From Welwitschia mirabilis (lineage: Eukaryota): a DNA stretch of 62,681 nt. The notes under the pieces are model-generated. The model was not told where the DNA came from, did no database searches, and saw nothing but the letters and a program-made list of their open reading frames with translations. The stretch spans positions 15,533,778-15,596,458 of the forward strand of contig JBOZIK010000001.1 in the NCBI GenBank assembly GCA_051453625.1, read 5' to 3'. This document shows, one piece after another, positions 14,337 through 27,543 of the stretch (the stretch's first letter is position 1; each line of letters opens with the position of its first letter). The position numbers were made by a program, and so were the translations under genes.

Positions 14337-17300
14337 AAATCATCATAAATAGGTTGATTAAAAGAATTAGGAGAAGTATCTGAAGGAATTCTAGAAAGAT
14401 GATCAGCTACTAGGTTTTGTTTTCCTACTTTGTTCACTATCATCAAGTTAAATTCTTGTAATAAGAGTACCCATCTATAAGGCATGTACTAGAATATTTC
14501 TTTGTCATTAAACATCTAATGGCAGCATGATTTTTATAGATATAAGTGTGGGAACTAAGGAGGTAATATCGAAGTTTATCAAGATAAAAGATGATTGCTA
14601 TCATTTCCTTTTTAGTAGTTATGTAAGTAAGTTGAGAACAAAAAAGGTTTTTACTAATGTAGCTAATTACTTTCATCCCTTCCTCATGTTTTTAACTGAA
14701 CACTCCACCTATAGCAAGATTACTAGTATCACAAATTATCTCGAAATCCTTATTCCAATCTAGTCCATTTACTATGGGTTCATTAGTAATGGCAATTTTA
14801 AGATTCTTAAAGGATTATTGGCATTTATCATTCCATTTATACTTAACATCTTTCTCTAAAAATTGATAAAGCAATTTACAAATTTTTGCATATCCTTTTG
14901 TGAATCTATAATAAAATCCACAATGTTTGAATTATGATTGAAGTTGTTTTATATTAGAAGAAGGTGGAATATTTTTAATGACATTAATTTTTAATGGGTT
15001 TATTTGTATACCTCTTATTAAAATATGGTGTCCTAAAACTATTCCTTTATTAATCATGAAATGGCTCTTTTCCAACTAAGTGAATTCACTCTCAATACAT
15101 TATTCTAAGCCTTATGTTAAACGATTTAAAGTTAGGTCTAAAGAATCTCCAAAGATAGAAAAATCATCGATGAAAATTTTGATAGAGTTTTCTACAAGGT
15201 CATTAAAAATTCCCATCATAGTACCTTGAAAGGTATCTAGTGCATTACATAAACCAAAAGGCATTCTCCTAAAAGCATAAATACCAAAATGAGAAGTGAA
15301 GGTAGTGTTTGCTTGATCTTCATTTTTAATACATAGTTAGTTGTATCTACTATAACCATCAAGGAAATAGTAGAATGCATGTCCTTGTATTTTATCCAAT
15401 ACTTGATTAAGAAAAGGAAGAGGGCATGATCCTTTTTGATTACTTCATTTTCTTAATCATGTCTTTGGAATTTTATGCATACTCTCAACTTATCATCTTT
15501 CTTAAGTATAACTATTAATGGGTGAACCCACTCACTACTGCTTATAGGGTAAATGATGTCAGTATCTACAAGTTTAATGATCTCATCTTTAACCACTTGT
15601 TTAGTGCCAGATTTAGAAATATTTGAGGTTTTCTTATGGATTTTGAATTATCCTCTACGTATATCTTGTGTTAATAATATGTGGTGGAATAGGAGATAGG
15701 TCCTTGTGACTCCAAGCAAAAGCTTTGATTTAGATGTGAGAAGTGATACTAAGGCTTGCTCAACTTTGGAGTAGAGATGACTACTAATGATTAATGGCTT
15801 TTTAGGGTTATTATTGATAAAGATGTATTTTAATACCTTTCTATTCTCCTTCAAATTCATTTCAAAGTTAACTACTCCAGGTCTATGAGGAGTTGCATAA
15901 GCATTATAATCAAAACTTATTTCCATGACTTTGACTTCTTCTATGTCTTGAATTGTAATGTTTTCAAAGGTTTCTTCTATCGAGGATTTCATAGTATTAT
16001 CAAGTTCATAAGGATTGATGAAATTAAGACTACTTAATATTGTTAAGAATTCCTTCATATCATCAAAAAGAGTTAGTTGTTTATGTGTGAGGGACTTCAA
16101 TTCAAATGAATGATGAGCTACAAACATTATTGATCTAATATCTTAACTAAGCTCATCATTTAGATCCCTTGTGTCTTTTTATATTGTGTTTAAGACTTGA
16201 ACTTAGATCTTTTTACTACCTATGTAAAGTTCCATGATTCTAGTTCTAGTGTCTATAATGCAATAAACTGTAGCACAAAAAGCTCTACCTAAAAGTAAGG
16301 AATATTCACTATTGTGGTTGATTTTGATAATTATTACATCAATGGGGTAGTAGGCTTTCTCTATTTGGACAACCAAATATTTGATCATTCCAATAGGTTT
16401 TTCCAATGTTGGATCAACCATTTCCAAGATAATTTTTATTGGTTCAATTCAATTTTCTAATCCAAACTTTTTCCAAATGTGTAGGGGCATGATGTTCACA
16501 CTTATACCTATGTTAATAATTAATCTTTTTTTTTCTTCTAATATAACACTAATGGTTGCTACTCTTAGATCTTTGAATTTTCAACATTTCTACATCACCA
16601 AGTTGGCCATAGATTGGGCTGAAAAAACTCTACTTGGTAATGTACATTTTTGCTTCCTTCTATAAAGGTCCTTCCACACTTTGGCATACTTAGGATTGTC
16701 TTGAATATGTGCCAAAATGGTAGTGTAACATTGACATCTTTCATAATAGTCTTGATGTATTTATCATATGTTGGATTAGAGTTGAGTCTATCTTATCAAT
16801 GGGTAAGATGTTTTCTTTCTTCTTTGGTGATTCATTCTTGTTTGTTGGAGTGGAAGTAGAAGGAAAGTGTATCTCATTAAGGATTTTCACATCTTCATCC
16901 TTTCTTTATTCAATCTTATTATTTGTATATGGCTCTTCAAGTGTAGTAATAGTGCTTATTTAGGTGACACTTCCAATCTTTTACATCATTTAGATTAGGT
17001 AATGTGTTGGAAGCTAATCTTCCTTGTGATCTTTGGTTGGCTAACATAATTTGTTGCATGACTCCAGATAAATATTTTATTCTTTTTTGGGTTTTCTTAA
17101 CACTCTTATGAGTTTATTTATGGAGGTTTCTTATCTCCATTATAGCTTCCTTAATCAGATCTCCTTGTGTTGATTGTATCCTACATATCTTAGGTTATAT
17201 GGTTGCTTGAAGAATTGTTTATACTAAGGTTTGAAAGAAGGATGTGGTTAACAATAAGTCTTCTGGTGGTAAGATTCTTTATAGTGATTAGGGTCTGATT

Positions 17301-18545
17301 GGTTTACATAGCATACTTATTCCCTTACTACTTCCTTCACTGTTGGGAAAAAAGGGCATTTAGTGATTAAACATTTTTCTTCACATAATTTAAAAGTAGG
17401 AGTTAATTTGGTGTGGGCCTTTGCTAATTTCACTTCTTTGATTACTTTCACCATTTTCCTTACAAGTGGTCTATCACTATCACTACTATCTTCATCTTCA
17501 TAAATGATCTATTTTTGTTTAACCTCTCAATGTTTTATATGATGAACTTCTCTCAATGATTATTTGAGAGTTTTTTTCCTCTAGGTTTAGGCCATAATTA
17601 ACTAAGTTTAACTAAGTTTTGTAAATATTTCCATGCTTCATCAGTTGTGTATTGAAATAAACTCCCTCCACAAGAAAGATCCACCATTTATTTTGTTGCA
17701 CTAGTGAGGTCATTATAGAAATGATAGATTAATTCTCCTTATTTGAATTCATCTGTGGGATTGGTTGAAACTAAAATTAGGAATCTTTCCCAAGTTGAAG
17801 CATAATCCTCATTATCTTTTTGTTAAACATTAATTACCTCATGATGTCTTTTTTTTCAAAGTATTTCTAGTAAGGAATTGTTTAATAAATCTTTCTTTGG
17901 TATCTTTCCAAGTTTTAAGGCTTTTATAAAGTAAGGTCTTAATCTAATTTTTTACTTTTCCACTCAATGTGCAAGGGAACACTATCATGTAGCTTGCATT
18001 AATTATTCAATGGCAATAATGTGTTCATAAGGATCTTCATGAGTTTCACCATAGAAAGAGGAATAAGCATTAAGGTTTTTGATTTTAATGTCATTTCCAA
18101 TATAAAGATTAAAAGAATTATGAGTTTCTCTTAGTTTTGGTTCATATTTATCTTTAAGAGTTGGTTGAACATCACTAGAAATTGTATAGATTATGGGAGT
18201 TGTAGGATTTTGATTTGCACATTTATTATTCAAAGAATAAGAAGTTAAAACTTGATTTGTAAAAGAATTTAAATTAGGCATAGAAGAAGCTATAAAAGAA
18301 GAGGTGGCTTTCATTTTCAGAGGGTGTTTAGAAATTCTAGAAGATGATTTAATAGATAATAAAATATTTTCAAAATACAAAATAAAATATTTTAGTAAAT
18401 TAGATTTATTAAATTTAGAAATAAAAAGTTGCTTATCTCAAGTCTTTAAATTATAAATTTGAACACCTTCTTGAATTGCCTCTTATTAAAATTTCTTTTC
18501 ATGTTGATAACATACCTTTTTCTCTTTGGAATTTGATGGCATTCC
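14337..18545 (-). pseudogene. gag-pol remnant of copy A'
   Basis: RWVLLLQEFNL..V.K.GKQNLVADHLSR, YITTKKEMIAIIF, IFIDDFSIFG, LLLGRAFCAT and gag FYGETHEDPYEHI. Confidence 0.9.
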
Positions 18546-19080
18546 ATTGCTTGACCTAAAAAATCCAACCTTTTAACTCAAAACCATTATAGGTAATCTC
18601 TAGGATTATATTAAAGTGCAAGAAATAGATCTAATGATTAAGAGTGATGTTTCTTCTTGGAATATTCACTTAGGACCCAAGAAAAAGACATCAAAAGGCT
18701 TTTTTCCTATGTGGTAATTCTTTTAGATCACATAAGATGCAAGATGATAGACCTAGCAAGGTGAAATTATTGCAAGGTGAAATTATTACATAAAAAAGAG
18801 AATAGGAAAAGAATAGACAATTATAATAAAAAGAATATACAACATAAATAATGTATTACCCTCTAAAGGTGAATAATCTTGCTTGGATAGGGGTAGACCT
18901 TAGAGATAAACTTTCCTTTGATCAAAAGACAAGTAGATCTCTTTAGGTAATCTTCTCAAAGCAAGTAGATTACACGAATAGCTATTAGATGAAAACCAAA
19001 AACAAATAGATATAATGATAGCATAGACTTAATCCACTTACTTTTGATCTAAATGCACTTGATAGCTTGTTCTAACACTT

Positions 19081-19099
19081 CTTGACAACGGTGCTAAAA
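19081..19099 (-). promoter_or_regulatory. Primer-binding site, Athila tRNA-Asp type
   Basis: Minus strand TTTTAGCACCGTTGTCAAG, a deaminated version of the Athila consensus TTTTGGCGCCGTTGCCGGG, directly after the LTR end. Confidence 0.8.
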
Positions 19100-20296
19100 T
19101 GTTGATTACCTAAATTACACTTTAAAAGTAGTCAATTTTGGAAAAAATGGAATTTCAATTAGGCTTAGTATAGAGTGATTCAACAAATGAATGTCATAAT
19201 CTGGAGAGCATAAGATAACATACTAATCAAGCACATAAATAAGAAAGAATAAACAATTAAATTATAGTTCAATATTTTTAATGAATTTTGTATTTTTATT
19301 ATGTAAAAAGTAGAACTGACAATGCAACTATTCTAATATGCAATACGAGAATGAGTGAGAAATGAAGATGCAAGCCTATGATAATCAAGTTTCTGAGTTG
19401 TGTCACCCAAACCTAGCCCTTATGACCTGTATTTAAATTAGAATTAATCTAAATAATATCATTAATAAAAAATTAAGATAAGCCATAAGAGACATAAGAT
19501 GGATTAAAAAAGAAAGACATTTTATTGAATAAATTGAATGTCTTACGAAACACCTTAGAAAGGCAGTGATTCCTCAAATGTTAGAAGCATAGCCTAATCA
19601 CCAAGAATAATATCTCCAGTGCTAAAATGGACCATTGACTCCTTGGATGCCTTTATTTCCAATCCTTCAATGTCAAAAGATGACTAAATAATGCCAAATA
19701 AGGGTTTCTATAGTTTTTCTAAGGTGGTTACAAGTCAAGAAGTTTAGTATAGGTGAAGAGATATCATTCAGTATAAATTAGACCTTAATTAACTAGGTTA
19801 GAAAGAAGTTATAACACTGTCATATTAGTGTTGTCATTGGGACGACATATGGGATGATACCCCTTCATCATCTAATCATACGCCGTTATGTTAGGAGCTC
19901 ATTAGGATTTGAATTTGAAGTTTAATGGATATGTAATCCCCAAGGTTATGTGGATGACATAGGAGATGACAGCCATGCCATGTTGTCATATTAGCCTTGC
20001 CAAGTCAACCTCACTAAGCTAGCCTTGAATGCCTTAAATGTTATGGTCATGCTCTCTATCATGGGGATGATAGAAAGGTTGATAGTCAATTTCTTAACCT
20101 TTCTTCCACTCTTTACTCCACTTTATTCCTTGGTTAAATTCTTGTTCTTATGAATGAAAATATGGCAATTAGGATCATAATTAAATTATTATATTATTTC
20201 ATGATAAAATTCTTGAAAATGACTAAATTGAGTTTCTGTTCCATACAAAACATCAACAATTACACTATTGAAATATGATAAATTGGGATCTCAACA
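19100..20296 (-). repeat. Duplicated 5' LTR of element A
   Basis: tgttgattacc...gatctcaaca; shares diagnostic variants with 12954-14150. Confidence 0.92.
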
Positions 20297-21480
20297 CCCA
20301 CCCATAGTAAAGTTGCTAGCTTTACACAGATGTTTAAAGTTCTTAATCTAATCAAGTCTTAATACAATAGGTTTAGAAGAGATTTTATCTTTAAGTATTT
20401 TAAAAGCAAGTTGGCATGAGTCATTCCAATCAAACTTAGCTTCTTTTTTAGGTAACAAGTGAAATGGTTTAAAATTTTAACTTAGTCTTAAATGTGATAG
20501 AAACTAGCATGACCAAGAAAGATCTAAGGGTTAAGGTTTTGAATAATACTAACTTTCATGGGATTCACTCTAATTTTCTTACTAGAAATATGGTGACCTT
20601 AAAAAATCTCATTTTTAATAAGATAAAAAACTTTTCTCCTAACTTAAGTATAGACCATTTTCTATACATCTATCTAATGCTTTCTCTAAAATTTTTATGA
20701 TTTATTTAAAGGTTTTACCAAAGATTAAGAAGTCATTCATAAAAATCTCAATGGAATCCTCTATCATGTTAGAAAAGATATTCATCATTACACATTGAAN
20801 NNNNNNNNNTAAAGTCTAAAGGCAAAGGTTCAAAAGGGAGAAGTAAAGGTTTTCTTTGCTTGGTTCTTACTAACTATGCAAACTTAATTGTAATCACTAT
20901 ACCCATCAAGGAAACAATAGTAAACATGTCTTTAGATTCTATTAAGTATTTAATATAAAAAGAGTAGAGGGCAATAATCCTTCTTAATAATCTTATTAAG
21001 TTTTCTAAAGTTAATTCACATCCTCCACTTTCCACCCTTCATAGGTACTACTGTTGAGGGGCTAACCCACTCATTATTAGATATAGTGTAGATAATTCCA
21101 ATATCTATAAGTTTAATAATTTCATTCTTAACTACTTACTTAAGGATTAGTTTAAGTCTTCATTGGTGTTTTCTAACTGATTTAGCATTATCTTCAAGGT
21201 AGATTTTATATTAAACTATAGAAGAGGGGATGGTAACTAAGTGCTTATGGATTTAAGAAAAGGGATTTATCTTATAAATTAAAAGTAAAACTAAGTTGAA
21301 TTCTGGTTGAGGAGTAAGATGTTCACTTATCATCATGGGTTTCTTAACATTGTTAGGCAAAAAATATGTACTTCAAACATTTAAGTAATTATTTCAATTC
21401 TAAGTTGTAATCCTTATCTTCTATTAATTAAACATTAGCTATCATATAGATGTGTCATCTGGATAACCTTGGTGGATGAT
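20297..21480 (-). pseudogene. RT / RNase H N-terminal remnant of host element B (continuation of 1-1862); left of protease, truncated
   Basis: Minus strand EWVSPSTVVP.KGGKWRM, YSFYIK..NRI, FLDG.SDYN and EIFMNDF; joins to the ...GGVLA.K... sequence left of 1862. Confidence 0.85.
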
Positions 21481-21959
21481 ACCCTTAATCAAGTAGATTC
21501 TTAGTTGATATTACATGTTGGACTTATTCCCAATTTAAAGGTTTAACTTCTTAATACTTGTAATTGAAACTATCGGTTCTTGAGTGATTATAATTGATTT
21601 CATCAAATTTTAAAGAATTTAAACTATTTATTTTAGTTGAATCATCCTACAAAGTTAAGTTATGTAGCATTAACAATCTCTCTTTAACCAAGTAATATAA
21701 AGTTGATTTAACTTTCTCTTTTAATTTTCACTCATCTCCTGTATCTTTCTCAGCAAAATAAAAAAACTCTAATAGTAAACTTATTGTTATCTATGTGATA
21801 CTCCATTATTCTAGTATATGTGTCTATGATGCTAATGACATTAAATATTATGTAATAGTTTTCTTATTAATGAAGTGTTTTTTTTTGTGTGTCAATTATA
21901 TATTTTATCAATAAGTAGGTGTTTTTATCTATCTTTATGTGTACTAATAAATAGGTTAC

Positions 21960-22580
21960 CGGTTAGTATATTAGTGTGTATATATATATATATTGCATTA
22001 TTATATTTTAGGTATGGAATACCAAGTGGCATGAAGATAAAAGAGAAGGTTAAGGAGTGGATCAACATAAAAACCTTAACTACTTGCCTACTTCTAAGGA
22101 GCAAAGAATTAAATCTAAAAAACTTACTAGGATATAAAGATTTGATTACCATCAAAGATGGGAATCTTTTTGACACATAAGTTCTAGTAATAAACAAGGA
22201 AAAGAGGTCAAGTAAGGAAACTCTAGCTCATCTATAAAGGTGTCAGTAGCACTTGCTCATATTTCATAGTGTTACATGAAAAGAAGAACACACTTGTTAG
22301 CTCATCTTTAAATACAACTGGTATTCCAATATAAAAGCTAAAAAGCATGTGAATATTATTGTGTGCACTTTTTATTACTTAAAAAAGTAATATTACTTAT
22401 ATCTCACTCCTGCTTGTATAGCTGAACATAAATTAAGATAATTTTAGTGCTTAGAATTGATCAGTAGATTACTAACCTTGNNNNNNNNNNNNNNNNNNNN
22501 NNNNNNNNNNNNNNNNNNNNNNNNNNNNNNNNNNNNNNNNNNNNNNNNNNNNNNNNNNNNNNNNNNNNNNNNNNNNNNNN

Positions 22581-22631
<51 letters not shown>

Positions 22632-23122
22632 CATTATTATATTTTAGGTATGGAATGCTAAGTGGCATGAAGATAAAAGACAAGGTTAAGGAGTGAATCA
22701 ACATAACAACCTCAACTACTTCCCTACTTCTAAGAAGCAAAGAATTAAGACTAAAAAACTAACTAGGATATAAAAATGTGATCACCACCAAAGGTGGGAA
22801 TCTTTTTACAACATACGTTCTAGTAATAGATAAGGCAAAGAGGTTAAGTAAGGGAACTCTAGCTTATTTATAAAGGTGTTAGTAGCAGTTTCTCATATTT
22901 CATAGTATTACATGAAAAGGAGAACACACTTTTAGCTCATCTTTAAATACAGTTGGTATTTTAATATAAAAGCTAAAAATCATTTGAATATTATTGTGTG
23001 CATTTTTTATTACTTAAAAGAGTAATATTACTTCTATCTCACTCCTGTTTGTATAGCTAAACATAAATTAAGAGAATTTTAGTGCTTAGAAATAAGTATT
23101 GATCAGTAGGTTGCTAACCTTG
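21960..23122. repeat. Diverged tandem duplication of a ~520-bp unit (~21960-22480 and ~22581-23122) around an assembly gap
   Basis: Both copies run (TA)n-ttatattttaggtatggaat...gatcagtag.tt.ctaaccttg, with scattered substitutions. Confidence 0.85.
22581..22628. repeat. (TA)n microsatellite at a gap edge
   Basis: Directly visible run of about 24 TA units. Confidence 0.95.
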
Positions 23123-23580
23123 ATTATGTTTTGTTTCTTTCTATATTTTCCCTTTATGTATTATATGTACATAGTAGTTTTGTTTTAATAAATAACCTGA
23201 CTAGTTTAAGTAATTTATCATAAGACTATTATAAAGATGGATGTCGAACTAAATGATTAAGTCATAACTAATTCTTTAGTAAGCCTTTATGTATTTTTAT
23301 TTTAATAATGTGTGCTTATTCTAGGTTAATAGTAGCATAATTTTTGTACTTTTCTAGCATTGTTTATAGTTTCTAGCAGTATTTTTTAATACTTTCTACA
23401 TTTATTTTATAAATATTAAATATTGAATAAAGAAATAATGAAATATTTGATGAGTTCATGGATAGGTACAACATATTACTAGCTAAATGTATTAACCATG
23501 TAATCATAGCTAGGGAATAAGTTAGAGCCTTACTTAGAGGATTATAGAATTAAAGGAATTAGATTTATTATCCAAAGGAA

Positions 23581-24669
23581 TGTTGCACTACTAATTTATA
23601 ATTATTTGATAGGGTTTTATAAGGTATTTTATAGGACAGTTGCACAAGTTTAGATGCAATCCTGAGGATTTTGAAGAATCAATAGAAGATCTTGGAAATG
23701 TGCAAGTCTTATTAAGATTTGAATCATTTAATACACATTCTAATACACAGAGCTTTGGAGGAATATTACTAATAAAAATATTAGCTTCTTCTCAATAAAA
23801 TAATTAAAGAATAATATTGTCCCCTCTGTCATCTTCACAATAGGCAGGATGATGATAACATTCAATGCTAATATGGACTACCAAAACACTACTTAGCAAT
23901 CATGCTGAGTTATTTTTTTATAATGAGCTATCATTCCCTTGATCATCCAGATGATAGTTAAGATGACATTGACATTGTAACCGATTCTAACAATTGACCT
24001 TTGACCATTTTGTCCATTTCTTTTATGTAAAGAAGCATGTATTATAGTGCCTTTTTGTTTGTTGTTTTCTAGCTTATAACTCTATAAATAAGTCTCCCTT
24101 CGACTCTCCTCTCTATTTTCATTGCACTGAAAATTCTTATGATAAGAGATTAAAGGGTAAGAGATTAATTTTAAAAGTTGTAGAAAGACGTTCCCTTAAT
24201 GAAGGGCTATGTATCCTCCATAGAGGCCTAACTATTTTGTAACCTAGATGTTGTTACTTCTTAATATAAACTCTGTTTTCATATTTATGTATTAATTTGT
24301 TAGATGTTTCTTATATTTTATGTTTCCCTTGATCTAGTAACAATTTCATTAATGATATAGATCATTAAGGGTAGGCTTTGTTAAGACTGAAAGGAAGTAG
24401 TTTAGTTTGATTTTGTATTGCATTTATATTTAGTTGCATTTTGTATTTCCATTACATCTTGTATTTTCTGCATTATTATTCAATTCTAATTATCATTTTC
24501 TTTGTAAAAAGTAAGTCTTAGTCTCATTTAATAATCTTCAATGAGAATATAACATTTAGAATCACTCCCACTCATACTAGTGTGTTGTATTATGTAAGCT
24601 ATCTATTTTATTTATGAAATGATAGAATCCTATTGAGTATAAATAGTTGCATAAATACGTGCCACAACA
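23581..24669 (+). repeat. Athila-like LTR, first of a tandem pair
   Basis: TGTTGCAC...CCACAACA termini; aligns with 24739-25808. Confidence 0.88.
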
Positions 24670-24722
24670 TATTGGCTTACAATTTTGGTTTTTTACCTAG
24701 AATTTATTAGGGAATGATAAAG

Positions 24723-24738
24723 GCTAAGTGGAGAGCTA
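24723..24738 (+). promoter_or_regulatory. Polypurine tract between the tandem LTRs
   Basis: GCTAAGTGGAGAGCTA directly before TGTTG; same motif as at 41968-41984 and 52998-53013. Confidence 0.75.
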
Positions 24739-25808
24739 TGTTGCACTGCCAATTTATGGTTATTTGATGGGGTTTTATAAGCTATTTTGCAGGACATTAG
24801 CATAAATTTAGATGCAATTCTGAGGATTTTGGAGAATCAATAGAAGATCTCAGAAATATGTAATTCTTACTATGATTTAAAAAATTTAAGGCATATTCTA
24901 ATAGACAAATATTTAGAGAAATATTATTAATAGAAATACTAGCTTATTCTTAATAAAATGATTAAAGAAAACTATTATCACCTCTGTCTTCCTCACGATA
25001 GGCAGGATGGAAATAACCTTCGATGCTTATGTGGACTGCTTAAATACTAATGACTTATCTTTTATAATGAGCTATCATCCTCTATATTATTTGGAAAATA
25101 GTCAGGATTGCACTGACATTATAATCGACTCTGATAGCTAATGCTTGCCATTTTTTCTATTTCTTTTATGTAAAAGAGAACATCTTGTAGCACCTTTTTG
25201 TTTATTATTTTTTGGTTTATAACCCTATAAATAAGTCCTCATTTATCTCTTCTCTCTATTTTTGTTGCATCAGAAATTCTTGTAACAGTAGATTAAAGGG
25301 TGGGAGATTAATGTCAACAGTTGTAGAAAGATATTCCCTTGATGGAGGAATGAGTATCTTCCATTGAGGCCCAACTATTTTATAATTCTAATGTTGTTAC
25401 TTTTTAATATAAATTTTTTATATTTATATATTAGTTTGTCAGATGTACCTTATGATTTATGTTACCCTTGATCTGGTGACAATTTCATTGATGATATAAA
25501 TCATTAAGGGTAGCCTTTATTAAGGCTAAAAGAAATTAGTTTAGTTTCATTTTATATTGCATTTAGATTTAGTTGCATTTTGCATTTGCATTACATATTT
25601 TATTTTCTTCATTATTATTCAATTTCGGTTATTATTTTATTTATGAAAAGAAATCTTTAGTCTCATCTCATAGTCTTCAATGAGAATAGGACATTTGGAT
25701 TCACTTCCACTCATACTAATGTGTTGTATTATGTAAGATATCTATTTTATTTATGAAATAACAAAATCCTTTTAAGTATAAACACTTGTATAAATTTGCA
25801 CCACAACA
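24739..25808 (+). repeat. Athila-like LTR, second of the tandem pair; acts as 5' LTR of element C
   Basis: TGTTGCAC...CCACAACA; preceded by a PPT and followed by a PBS. Confidence 0.88.
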
Positions 25809-25828
25809 AATTAACACCATTGCTAGGG
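25809..25828 (+). promoter_or_regulatory. PBS (deaminated tRNA-Asp type) of element C
   Basis: AATTAACACCATTGCTAGGG compared with the Athila consensus TTTGGCGCCGTTGCCGGGG; mostly transition differences. Confidence 0.7.
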
Positions 25829-27543
25829 AAGGCTACTGAGGAGTACAATAATTGTCATTATTTAGGTGAGTACATCATATTTTCATTTGATTATTTATTT
25901 ATAGTAATGTTGTATTCTAATTAAGATTCATAGTTTTTCTATTTGCAATGTGTCAGTTTTGGTTTTTAGTAGTGAAATAACCATCATCTCCTCTATTATC
26001 CCCATGATAGTTAGGACGATAGTCTTTAATATTATTTTTCATTTTTGGATTTTTATTTTTGGATTTTAGTTTTCTATAATAAAATTAGTCTCTGTCATCT
26101 CCTTTATCATCTAGATGACTTGTAGGAAGACAGCTCATATTTTCTAGTTTTTAGATTTCTATTTTTTTAAGTTTTTATTTTCTACTCTCTATGTCAATTA
26201 TCCCTTCTATCATCCCCATAATAGCTAGGATGACTATTTGTTATTTTTCATTTCATTTTCTATTTGCAGGGTATTGTGACATGATCAACATAGAAAAAAG
26301 ATATTAGGAAGAAGTTTGTTAATAGAGAAAAACATTAGAGAATGACTGATAGACATCAAAAATGAATTGGAAAAACAATCTCGAGGTGTGTACAATATTC
26401 CTTTTGAATTTATTTTTTATGAATGAAATCCCATAAGATAAAACTTAGAAGGAGAAAATTAACTTACAATATCAAGTACTATCCAAAAACAAAAGAAAAA
26501 ATAATTTGTATGGTTTTCTACTCCTAATCCTAATGTAAACCTTATCATGAGGGAATTACTGGTAAATAAGAAATGAGAGATTTAAATCCCTTTTGATCTA
26601 TCCTTAGGAGACAATGTTGAATTAAATAATCTAAATGCTTACTGAATCATTAGTGGAGAAAATAATGAGGATCCCCTTATAGAATAATTAATTCTTACTT
26701 CATAAAATGAAAAGAAAAAAATTAGTGTTAGAACATATATGGTAATCTTTCCTATGACATTAAAAGATTGGGCTAAACTTTGGCTAAAAATCATATTCCA
26801 CAAAAGTTTAAAAACTTGGGATCAAGTCTAAGATACCTTTATCAAAAGATTCATAAGTGAAGAAACTATTAAAAAAGGAAAAAAGAAGTAACAAACTTTT
26901 AATAAAAACTAAATGATAATTATGCTTCCACATATGAATGTTTCTTCATTGCACTTCACTCAAATCTAGTAGGTTCTTTTCATGAGAAGAACTTCTTAAT
27001 TATTTTTATAGTGGACTAAATCCCCACACACAATAACTTATAAAATTCTCTTATGGTAGAAACCTTATGAATCTTATATTAGAAAATGCTTCTACAAAAT
27101 AGAACTTATGGAGGTTAGTCAGACTTGGTCAAGATCTAAAGAAAACCACACTATAGGCCAACTCATCAAAGATTTAAAAGAGGTTAAATAAGAAAAGGAG
27201 ATAGATTACAATACTATAAATCTAATAAGAGATTTTACAACAACTCTGGAGAAGTATACATAAATGATCTTAGATGCTAAAGCATCTGAAAGAACTATTA
27301 TGTCAACTTGTGACTTATATTAGGACAGTTATCACATTACCATGGATTCTCAACTTTTATCAACATACAAAAAGAAAATACATGAAGAATTTTATGCTTT
27401 TAATCAAACATTTTTAAACTTCAAAAAAAAAAAAAATTTAGGCATAACCTAGGTTGAATACACATTTTTAAAACAATTTTCAACCTTTCAAAAATTAATT
27501 CAAAAATTTAAACTTTCAACCAAGTTCATCCAACTTTCAACAT

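Larger units (their letters stand above)
14337..20296 (-). mobile_element. Tandemly duplicated 5' half of element A (RNase H-RT-PR-gag-PBS-5' LTR; copy A')
   Basis: Colinear with ~8232-14150 and followed by the same host flank (cccacccatag...); the left junction is hidden in a 100-N gap. Confidence 0.9.

Noticed and set aside
18756-18787. Perfect 16-bp tandem duplication GCAAGGTGAAATTATT
   Set aside because: An ordinary slippage or repair indel private to copy A'.
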